Notes under the pieces: model-generated
Seen by the model: the letters and a program-made list of their open reading frames with translations, nothing else
What the model was told of the DNA's origin: nothing
Databases searched by the model: none
Part shown: in pieces, positions 52,301 to 60,705 of the stretch
Numbering within the stretch: the stretch's first letter is position 1
How the letters are laid out: each line of letters starts with the position of its first letter
Translations under genes and position numbers: made by a program
DNA from: Gekko japonicus
Taxonomy: Eukaryota
Direction of reading: 5' to 3'
NCBI RefSeq assembly: GCF_001447785.1
Contig: NW_015165833.1
Span: 368,382 to 432,381, forward strand
DNA length: 64,000 nucleotides

Positions 52301-55300
52301 GGCAGGCAAGGGGCAAACCACCTGTGCATGTCTCTTGTCTTGAAAACTCTACGGGGTTGCCATAAGTCAGCTGTGATTTGACAGCACTCTCCAGCACCAC
52401 ACTTTCCTGCTCACTTATTCTTTATGGCCAACCACACACCCAGAGAGAAGACAGGGAGAGCTAGACCACCTGTTAGAGATGCAGTTGTCATCCTTGCCAA
52501 ATGTGAAAGGTAAGGGCACTTATTGCTTTCGAAATAGAAACATTGACATGCGAGGCTGAAATCCACACCTTGAAATCCCCTTGAAGATGATAGTACTTCA
52601 CTTACAAGGAAAATGATTAGCACCTGATAAGCTCTTTGATTAGACTACAGAGTCTTGGGAAATAATCAATTGGGTTTAAGTGAGTTTCAATTCAGATTAA
52701 TCCCTGATTAAACACAACTGAGAACTGTGGAACAGGCACTAATGAGGTGGGGGAGGCATGCTTTGATCTTTCAGAGCTTTCCATTTTCCAGCCCACAGCA
52801 GCTGCCTCAGTATCTACAACCACGAGCCAGTGTGAGGAGTCTGGGGAAACTACAGGGTCAACAGAGACACCCAAAGAGCAGGCTGTGGGGGATGACTGCC
52901 CCAGTACACCACCACCGACAACGACTACATGGCCTTTGTCCCACGTGCGGCAGAACTTTAGGGAGATCCGTGTGGCTCCTCATTTCCTGCAAGAGGACTT
53001 GGTCCCTGTAGATATGTCGGATGACAATGAAACGGACAGTGACCCGGAGGAAGGTGACCGGCTTCAGGAGGCAGACAGTGGGCCTTCAGGCAAGGCAGAC
53101 AGTAAGCAGGATTCCAAGGCAGTGCTGAAGTCTCTGGAAGAGAAGATTGCCAAGTACAAGAGATTCTTGGAAAAGGCCAAGGCCAAGAGATTCTCTGCAA
53201 TAAGGTAATCCCTTGTGTTCTGGAGACAGAGGGGACCTGGTTGAACTGTGGAGGTCACAGCTAGAAGGGCCCAGGAAGCGGAGGCTGTCTTTTTGCCACA
53301 ATCGCAGGACTGTCCAGCAATAATTCTTAGTGCAGGTGTGTCTCCCCCGCTCCCCATTTTCACAAGAAGCCACATGCCACTATCAGGTAGCTCCTAGTGA
53401 CTTTAGAAACTGAGCCAAGGCACGTCCTGCAGAGGAGAGTGCTACTTCAGTCTTGGCCATGGTGTGGCTCTGTGATTCAGAGGAAGTTCTCTGCTGGGTC
53501 CAAACCCCGCCGAGTCATGGCTGGATTTCTGTTACATCCAGCTGTTGTGCAAGCAGACTGTCTTTATGTTATTTATAATCTGTATTCCTTGCTGATGACA
53601 AGGACTGAATGCTTGGGGTGAGGGGAAGGCAGGACTTGGCAAGACTTGCAATACTTCCTTTGCTCTTTGTGTTGCAGAATCCCAAAAGGACTCAGTGAAA
53701 AAGTCTTTGCGAAGTGTCAGCCAAACACAGCGACTGTTGCGAATGGCAAAGCCAGAGGTGAGGTGGCTCTAGGACCTGGGTGGGTAGGGGGCTGCTGGCC
53801 TATGCTTTGCCTTTCTACTCTGCAACCTCCAGTGATTCCCACCAATGCTCCCTCTAAGCTGTGGGGTCTTGTGAGCAAACATTCTACTTTGTGAGCTACT
53901 GGCATTAAATTTGTGAGCGAGTGATTTGGCTACTGCATAAATTAGTTTGCTCTACAGTCATCCTTCCTGAGCTAAGACAAAAATGTGTGCCGGAGGCTAA
54001 AAAACCTGTGAGCTAGCTCACACTAACTCAGCTTAGAGGGAACACTGATTCCCACCCGCCCCCACATTCCATGCCAAGGAAGTGGATTTGAGGCTATGTT
54101 AATAGTTACTGATGTGGCAATCGGTTTATTTCTGCACATGGCACTTTCCAGAGGACAAGCAGCACCCACAACCTAAAATTTGTGGGCCCTGAGCCTTTGG
54201 GGAGGGCGGGATATAAATCCATAAATAAATAAATAAATTTGAGGCGGGGGGGGGAGAGGCAGGGAGGAATGAAAGTATTTGTTCCAGTTGCTATGTGGAA
54301 ACCAATTCTACTGTGCAAATTGAAGTGGGGGGAGAAGAAAAGATGCATCCGAGTGGGAATATTGTCCAAGAGGAAGATGATACACCTCAGGCATTAAGAG
54401 TGGGACGTGGAACCCATACAGACTGCAGCATAGAGTAACAGAGGGGACCAGAGTTGGACAGCCTTGATCTTCCACAGCTGGCCTTTGTAACCCACCTTTC
54501 CCTCGTTGTGGAGTCTGGGGCGGGGGGCATGATACTTCCAAGGAATGTCACAGCACAGACCAAGACCGAAGGCTGCTAAGACTGAGCATGAGTGTAGGAT
54601 GCCTCTTCCAGCCAACCACATCCTGAGCCCAAATGTTGAGAAAAAGTGTGCAGGAGGAACTGGTCCCACCATCACCAAAGGCCACCATTGCAGTCTCCAG
54701 TCTAAGAAACAGGAAGGCCCTCCAAAAGGGGACAGCTGCACTGCAGTGGCCATGTCAGGGTGGGGGAGAGCCATGTTTAGATGAACACGAGCTGGAAGCC
54801 ATGGCTGCTTCCACAGGGATGGCGAGGCAATTTGGGAAGGAGGTTTGGAAGAGGTGGGCAGCTGCTGTAACGATGGCAACGCTCAGGAGCATGAGGAAAA
54901 GGGAACAAAAGCAAACTGACTGGGTGCAGCAAAGGTTGTTTGGGCAGAGACATGGGTGACTAAAAGCTCTTCACTATTGAAAAAAAGATAACTGATCTCA
55001 AATGCACTCAGTATTCTCTTCAGTGGCTTTTCAACCCTCTGCAAATGGTACTGAGGTGTCTCTGGCTCTTATTACTGAGAAGTGAGAGCAGGGTGTGCGT
55101 TGAGTGTTATGTACATGAACATGTTGTAGTGTAAACCCTTGGTAGGAAGTGTTACAGATTCGCTGACACATGAGGCTGGTGGTTACTGCTTGGCACGTAG
55201 TAGCAACACCCTGGCATGTCTTGATTCTCTGGGAAAGCCCAGGCTGTCTGCCTTATCAGGGTTGGTGCTGCAGAGACTTTTGCCAGATGCAGTTTTTGAA

Positions 55301-55814
55301 ATCCTGCTTTCAGGGAGTCGGAGGAAAGCTGAGAAAAGGAGGATAGAAGAGGAGGAGGAGGCTGATGCTCACCAGGTTAAGAAGCCTTGCAAGAAGCCAA
55401 GTTCTAAGGAGGTAAGAGGGTGTAACCATCTTAGAACCCCTGAGACTTTTGACTGCTACCCTTCCAGTGCCAACCAGCAGTTCTAGGCCTTGGGGAGGCT
55501 TCATGTATGCAGGGTTATTCTGCAAATATGCCTTTCCTCTTCCTGTTAGGCAGCATAAGGCGGGGGGAGGCTCTTTTGTGCACTTGCGGTATGCAGCAGC
55601 CTAGTTTGTGTCTTTTTCAGTTAGGCTTTCTAACTTAAATGAATGTTTGGTTTTACTTTCACAGCGGAGAGCAGAGCAGCGGCAGCAGCGTTCCAAGAAA
55701 ATCGGTGTCCGTTATTATGACACTCACAATGTCAAAAACAAAAACCGACTCAAGAAGAAATGCAATGTGGAAGGTCAGAGATTGAACACAAACAGAAATA
55801 AATGCAAGCAGTAG
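34296..55814 (+). CDS. GNL2: Nucleolar GTP-binding protein 2 (NOG2/NGP-1), 16 coding exons, 2151 nt, 716 aa
   Basis: [22 protein letters not shown] start, NGP1NT region, circularly permuted GTPase motifs G4 NKCD, G1 [10 protein letters not shown]3 DCPG, C-terminal [18 protein letters not shown]; all 15 introns GT-AG with matching phases. Confidence 0.97.
34463..34547 (+). CDS. GNL2: GNL2 exon 2
   Basis: [28 protein letters not shown]; donor AG|GTGAGA. Confidence 0.95.
35189..37026 (-). mobile_element. 5'-truncated L1-clade LINE (ORF2 C-terminal part) in GNL2 intron 2
   Basis: [38 protein letters not shown] motif; AATAAA and A-rich tail; 14-bp TSD CCCTGTTCT(A/G)TTTC at 35175-35188 and 37027-37040. 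Confidence 0.9.
37352..37896. mobile_element. hAT-type MITE
   Basis: CAGGGGTGGCTAAAC...GTTTGGCCACCCCTG TIRs; TSD G(A/G)CTAGTG. Confidence 0.8.
38847..40270 (-). mobile_element. CR1 LINE, 5'-truncated with a large internal deletion, in GNL2 intron 2
   Basis: CATAAGAACATAAG tail; ORF 39057-39677 matches the CR1 RT C-terminus; 39667-40260 matches the endonuclease region of the 23.5-28.7 kb copy; possible TGGTG TSD. Confidence 0.92.
40490..41290 (-). mobile_element. Decayed L2-like LINE 3' fragment
   Basis: Degenerate ORF2 C-terminal sequence and an AATAAATAA tail near 40500. Confidence 0.45.
41440..41534 (+). CDS. GNL2: GNL2 exon 3
   Basis: [32 protein letters not shown]. Confidence 0.95.
41792..41931 (+). 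CDS. GNL2: GNL2 exon 4
   Basis: [18 protein letters not shown]...DRIKPH. Confidence 0.95.
43330..43514 (+). CDS. GNL2: GNL2 exon 5
   Basis: [25 protein letters not shown]...EDTGV. Confidence 0.95.
44529..44595 (+). CDS. GNL2: GNL2 exon 6
   Basis: [23 protein letters not shown]. Confidence 0.95.
45787..45945 (+). CDS. GNL2: GNL2 exon 7 (G4 motif NKCD)
   Basis: [22 protein letters not shown]...[12 protein letters not shown]. Confidence 0.96.
46227..46340 (+). CDS. GNL2: GNL2 exon 8
   Basis: [38 protein letters not shown]. Confidence 0.96.
47245..47373 (+). CDS. GNL2: GNL2 exon 9 (P-loop)
   Basis: [43 protein letters not shown]. Confidence 0.97.
48005..48109 (+). CDS. GNL2: GNL2 exon 10 (G3 motif DCPG)
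   Basis: [35 protein letters not shown]. Confidence 0.96.
48395..48553 (+). CDS. GNL2: GNL2 exon 11
   Basis: [25 protein letters not shown]...TGKLLK. Confidence 0.95.
48995..49102 (+). CDS. GNL2: GNL2 exon 12
   Basis: [36 protein letters not shown]. Confidence 0.95.
49726..51499 (-). mobile_element. Non-autonomous L1-like element (intact 5' end, decayed ORF1-like region, no ORF2)
   Basis: Perfect 14-bp TSD TCAGACCTCTCCTT (49712-49725, 51500-51513); GGGGACTTCCGGT 5' end; CpG-rich leader; AT-rich 3' part with AATAAA and A tail. Confidence 0.7.
52792..53204 (+). CDS. GNL2: GNL2 exon 13
   Basis: Low-complexity/acidic region with [14 protein letters not shown] and [17 protein letters not shown]; acceptor TTTTCCAG, donor AG|GTAATC. 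Confidence 0.88.
53678..53757 (+). CDS. GNL2: GNL2 exon 14
   Basis: [13 protein letters not shown]...GKAR; phase-consistent. Confidence 0.88.
53843..54047. mobile_element. hAT MITE family A
   Basis: Perfect TSD ATTCCCAC. Confidence 0.85.
55314..55411 (+). CDS. GNL2: GNL2 exon 15
   Basis: [33 protein letters not shown]; donor GAG|GTAAGA. Confidence 0.88.
55665..55814 (+). CDS. GNL2: GNL2 exon 16 (stop)
   Basis: [28 protein letters not shown]...KCKQ, stop TAG. Confidence 0.93.
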   Translation, partial: RRAEQRQQRSKKIGVRYYDTHNVKNKNRLKKKCNVEGQRLNTNRNKCKQ

Positions 55815-56542
55815 TTTCTTCCTTTGTGAACAGAATGAAGTATCCATTCCGCTTTGCCAGAACTATGGTGTGTAAACAGTTACACAGCAAGTACGGTGCA
55901 TGATTTTCCCTCTGGCCTGCTCGGCTGAAGGAATCATAACTCTTTCCAAGCCTCGCCACTGGTGGAGAGTTGTGCCCTTTGCCATTTACATGTCTAAATT
56001 GTCAACTTCCTGGCTCAGGGTGAATGTTCTGATCTCAAAGTACTCTCCCAAGCCTGGTGCTCCAGGAACCAACAGAACAAGGCCACCCACAGACAAACAA
56101 AAAACTTTGCCACAAGATTTTTTTTTTAAAATTACCCCAATGGGGAAACCCCATAAATGGGTTGGTGAGAATTACACATACTGTGGGGTGTGTGTGTGTG
56201 TGTCAAATTCTTTCCCCAACCCAGTGTGGTTTCTGGTTCAGATTAGCTAACTGTATTATCTGGTTAATCCATAGGCAGTTGCTTCCATGGTTTTACCATA
56301 TGGGGACTTTGAACACAGTTTTAAATGACACGCCTGTAGGCAGCCCTAGCAGAAGAGCTAGAATTGTCTGTGAAATTGGTACTTTCCCCCAGTGTATATG
56401 TCTAACTCATCCTGCAGCCATCCACTTAAGTGCCTTGCTGAAAAGCTCACAAAGCAGAGAGGGAAATAGGTGGAACCAGCACAAGTAGGCAGGGAATGTT
56501 AAGGAGAGCCTCTGTCTTCCCAAAAGAGCTTCAGAATTCCAA

Positions 56543-56548
56543 TTTATT
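56543..56548 (-). terminator. Probable DNALI1 polyadenylation signal
   Basis: AATAAA on the minus strand about 170 nt after the stop. Confidence 0.5.
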
Positions 56549-56716
56549 CTCTTACGAATCCAGACAGGCCTTTGCCTAGGTGTCAGGGCTGAGACCTGCC
56601 CAGCACTCTATCCCCCCCCCCAACCCCCTGAAATGTATGAAACATCTCCAGTCATTGTGATCTGAGAGACAAGGCCCAAAGCAGATGAATTCTTGCTTGA
56701 GAGATGATGGGAAGTT

Positions 56717-56752
56717 TTACTTCTTTGGAGCAATGATGCCTTCAAGCTGGGC
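56717..56752 (-). CDS. DNALI1: DNALI1 exon 6 (stop)
   Basis: TTCAG acceptor, AQLEGIIAPKK, stop TAA. Confidence 0.93.
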   Translation of the reverse strand, partial: AQLEGIIAPKK

Positions 56753-59700
56753 CTGAATTGCAAAATGAGAAACAAAAAAGCAGACTTGTTAAAGAGCTCT
56801 TGCTTTTGATTTTTATAGATGTGTGACTGGCTACTGGAGTACTTGAGAAAGGCACTAGCTAGGGGACTGTGTTCATTCTTACATTCCTCTTCCCATGTTT
56901 AAAAAATTAGTTATTCTCATTCTTGGAGTGCAGACCTGTTGCATTATGAGAAGCAAGAGAGAACTGGCACCGTTTCCTGGCAATGAAACTCAGTTTTGTA
57001 ATATAAAGCATTAAAGAGGAAACTGAATCAAAGCTGGTGAAATTCTGCATTCTTGGGCCTGGCTGTGAAACCATTGCCTGGGAGCAACAACTTAGGGACT
57101 GCAACAACTCGATGTGCAAGCAATGAAAAAGGAGAGTGGTGGCTGCTGTGCAAGGGAGCAGCTAATAAATGCCACACTCGAGTATCTCACTAGGCTCTTT
57201 TCTTTGGGGAAAGAATGCAATAAAACAAACCCAGCTCTTTCCTACAGGGAATCCTTTTCCCAGCAGTAAACCTCAGATGCTTTAGCCAATCTGATCGGGG
57301 GGGGGGGGATTCCCTCTTTTAAGTACATGGCGCACCCTCATAGACCTTGTAACAATCGTGCACCAATAGTCCCTGAGGGGAAAAAACCCGTGTCAGGTTC
57401 TGCAGCAAGTAAATCTCCACACACGTTTCCAAGGAAGCGTTATGCTTTCTAAGATTACAAAACTGGTACCCTATCCACGGGATTATTGTTAGGAATGACC
57501 ATGGGGCGGAAACATCTTTACATATAGTAAGACAAGGCAAATGGCTAAGCAAATGAAATTCGAGCGAGCGCACGGGAATTCTCCCGGCGGGGGATACATG
57601 ATAATCGGGAGAGTCTCAGTGCCTCATGAGAGCCGAAAGATTCACACCAGGGGTGGAACGCAAGCCCTTCCGCCTTCACAAGGCCAGACAGATAACGCCG
57701 TCTGGCAGAACTGGCTCCCACAGTCTCCCAAGCATTGTTTACAGCAAGTGGCAGAGCAGCGAGCAAGCCAGGATTAGAGACGGGAACAAGTAAAATATGG
57801 CAGCTAGCTGACACTCTGGGACTACTCCAGCTTCCTGTGGCTTAAGAAAACTAGTCTTCTTTCAGAGTCAGAGACCTCCTAAGCAGGACATAAAAGATGT
57901 CTCCCTATACATTTGTTTCCTTCTCTTCCACTAACCTTCAGCTGTTGATTGGTCCGCTTAAGGAACTGGACTTCCTCGGTGTGCTTCTTCTCCTCCACCT
58001 GCCGCCTTTCAAGCTCCCGTTTTTCGATGGCTTCACACTTGGCCTTCTGCTCATTTACTTGCCTCTCCAAATCTTTCTTCTCATCCTCCAACTCTGCAAT
58101 CTTGGACAGAAAACTTTGTTCTATCAGTCAATCACTGAAAATAAATAACCTGTTTTATTCAGGGCCTCTTGGAGGCATTTTTAATGTCACCTACTCCAGG
58201 CAGGCAGGATGTGGCTGCAACTCTGACAGGCAGTCTCCATTGTTTTATCAAGCTTGGCACTTCAGCATTTTACAACTGGAGCTGGCAGTTTTTCTTGCCA
58301 AATTTGTTGGGGGGAAAGACATTATGCATGTATAGGCAAGAATACAAGATCTGTTTTGTGAACACCATATACAAGGAGATATGAAAACAAGAAAAAATTT
58401 CAGATTATATATACTTGTTTTAGTATTAAATAGTTGTTTCAGACCTTCCTTAGCACCCCATTCCTGGACATGAATTGCTAAAAGGATGCAACTGAATCCA
58501 AGTTTGGAATTGAATGTACAGCTGTGAGACAAATGAGCTCTGATAATAATATCAAATTTCCAGTGGTGAAAACTTAATGTCAGACTTGCGACTGTACCAA
58601 ACAACTAACCACAGGGGTCAGAACATGGAATGAATCTCCAGGACCTCTCCTGGTTCAGTTTCAGCTCTGAGGTTAAACTGCATTTAGCTGGTTTTCCTGT
58701 ATATGGTGTTCCCAAAGCAGTTTCAGTACTTTTCTATTAAGTACCTGCAATACATCTGTTTATCTCTTTCCTTGGATCCCTTTTCTTATTTTTATACTGT
58801 CTGCATTAAGGCTTGCTCCTTTTTTTGTTGCTTGAAAGGTACAAACACCATACATGAGTGCTCAATTCCTGGGAAACAGAATTCTGCCTTTTGAATGCTT
58901 TCCTCAAACTGCCTGTAGGTGGACCCACTTACTCTTCTTTCCATATCGGATTTGCCCTGCTCAGCTTGTAGCGCCTTCCGCATTCCGAATGCAACGCTGC
59001 TCTCGTACAGAGTCTGGTAGGCTGCTATCGTCATCCGGATCTCATCCCGCACACGTAGCAGCAGGAGCCCCCGCTCGGCACAATTGATGGTCACCTGCCG
59101 TATCAGCTCATCTGGAAGCAGAGAGCTAGCCATCAGGCTGTGTGCAGGAGTGCTGAGTGCTAAGTCAGCTGCCTTCTTCCACTAAGTGAAACTTGGTAGA
59201 TGTTCAGGGTAGCCTCAGAGCCCAGGAGTGGTGCATGTCTCATGTGACACTGGACCAAAGCACAGGCTGCTTTCCAGCCCTGCAGTAGCCACTGCATGCT
59301 GCACAGCTATGCTTGCAAGAGAAATGTAAGGAAACCGTGGCAAGACCCCCTTCACCTCAGTGTCCTCATATCTGGTTAAGATGCTCTGGAGCTGTTCAGT
59401 AGGCTAATGCTGTGAAGCACATGCAAAAACCAGGAGAGGAAAGCAGAAGGGTACATGTGGAACAAGTAAGGGGCACCTTGGCCCAAGGGAAGGAAGCTTG
59501 GCCTCACCATGCTCACCGAAGCACTGAGAATAGAGCTCCCGCCGCACAGGGCAGATGCCCGTCTCCCGGGCCTGGCGCTGCTGGAGCTTGAGGTCCAGCT
59601 GCTCCTGCAGATGCACCACATCCATGCGTGTACTGGGGGTGCTCGACACCTGCTGGATCCATAGCTGGTTCTCTTCCACCCATTCTCTGAAGGGGACCAA

Positions 59701-60097
59701 GAAGACAGAAGGAAGACGCAGGGTGGCCGCGCTCTCACCGCCCCAGGAGCCCAGCCCAGTCTGCCTCCCTTCGCACCTCCCATCCCCGGGCTCACCTGGG
59801 CGGCAGGATGGCATTGAGGATTTCCTCCGCTTGCTTGCTGGGATCTACGGTGGGCGACGGCGCCTTGGCCTTGGTAGGAGGGACGGGCCCGGCGGGCAAC
59901 AGCAGCTGTGGGCTGGCCTTCAGCGGCCGGGCCTGCGGAGAGGGCGGAAGGGGAGTGAGGGCGGCGATGCTCAGTTTCCCTCACTCCCCCCGCCCCCGCT
60001 CCGACTCCCCACCTACCTTTGGCGACCGCTTCTCGGTGTTGCGGCTCACCAGCACCGGCGTCTCGTAACGGAGCAGCGAGTCTGCAGGTGGGATCAT
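56717..60097 (-). CDS. DNALI1: Axonemal dynein light intermediate polypeptide 1 (p28), complement(join(56717-56752,57936-58100,58933-59111,59517-59686,59796-59932,60017-60097)), 255 aa
   Basis: MIPPADSLLRYETPVLVSRNTEKRSPK start; LQQRQARETGICPVRRELYSQCFDELIRQVTINCAERGLLLLRVRDE core; ends AQLEGIIAPKK; GT-AG introns. Confidence 0.97.
57936..58100 (-). CDS. DNALI1: DNALI1 exon 5
   Basis: IAELEDEKKDLERQ...LKRTNQQLK coiled coil. Confidence 0.95.
58933..59111 (-). CDS. DNALI1: DNALI1 exon 4
   Basis: DELIRQVTINCAERG...GKSDMERR. Confidence 0.96.
59517..59686 (-). CDS. DNALI1: DNALI1 exon 3
   Basis: REWVEENQLWIQQVSSTPSTR...ELYSQCF. Confidence 0.96.
59796..59932 (-). CDS. DNALI1: DNALI1 exon 2
   Basis: ARPLKASPQ...KQAEEILNAILPP; donor AG|GTGAGC. 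Confidence 0.95.
60017..60097 (-). CDS. DNALI1: DNALI1 exon 1
   Basis: MIPPADSLLRYETPVLVSRNTEKRSPK; donor AAG|GTAGGT. Confidence 0.95.
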
Positions 60098-60157
60098 GAC
60101 GGCTCCGGTGTGGTCTCTGCTAGGCCCGGCCTTCGGCGCGGGGCCCGTTGTGCTGCC

Positions 60158-60171
60158 GTTGCCATGGCGAC
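60158..60171. promoter_or_regulatory. RFX X-box in the DNALI1 promoter/5' region
   Basis: GTTGCCATGGCGAC, 13/14 match to the palindromic X-box GTTGCCATGGCAAC, 60 bp upstream of the ATG of a motile-cilia gene. Confidence 0.8.
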
Positions 60172-60622
60172 AGAGACGCTCCGCCGGAGCCACATAGCAT
60201 AGGTGGCCCGCGGCGCTTGCGCATTAAAGTGGCGCCGGGAGCGGGCTGGCTGGGCGCGCGCGCAGGTGGGCAGAGATCACATGACTTCTTGTTATAGATG
60301 AGGGGAATGAGATGCGCCGATCCTGCAAGGTTGTCAAGAGCGGGTTCTATTCTTTTTCTCGTGCCGCGCCCTCAGCACCTTCTCCTAGTCACAGAAGCCT
60401 TCCAAACCCCGTTTCCCTGGTTCTTTCCTCCCGCTTCCAAAGCAGCCGCTGCAACAGGAAAACAGGCTGACCAGGAAGTCCCGCCTGCAACCGAAAGAAG
60501 AGCCTTCATTGGTTCCTTCTCTGGACTCCTCATAGAGACTTAGAACGGCCCCGAGCGAAATCAGAAGTGTTTCCGGGTGGCGACGGAAGGCGAAGCTCGA
60601 AGACGGTAAGCAGGCGGGCGCT

Positions 60623-60705
60623 ATGGAGGAACCGGAGCGCCGGCGGCGCAGGAAGCGGAGCCCCCGCGGAAGCCGCTCACCGCCTAGCCCACCGGAGGAT
60701 GCCAG
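60623..60705 (+). CDS. SNIP1: SNIP1 coding exon 1
   Basis: ATG with G at +4, MEEPERRRRRKRSPRGSRSPPSPPEDA; donor AG|GTAGGG, phase 2 matches exon 2. Confidence 0.7.

Noticed and set aside
41932-52791. Intronic C/D snoRNAs in GNL2 (TGATGA-like motifs near 42296, 49388, 51756, 52587)
   Set aside because: No convincing C box, D box, spacing and terminal stem combination; an Infernal/snoscan search would settle it.
54394-54959. Extra GNL2 exon or nested gene in intron 14
   Set aside because: No recognisable homology or clear splice sites; exons 14 and 15 already join in frame.
59981-60193. N-terminally extended DNALI1
   Set aside because: The ORF starts at GTG; the nearest upstream ATG (60165) is out of frame.
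59376-60202. Long overlapping ORFs (202 aa minus, 215 aa plus)
   Set aside because: By-products of GC-rich DNA over DNALI1 exons; no independent coding signature.
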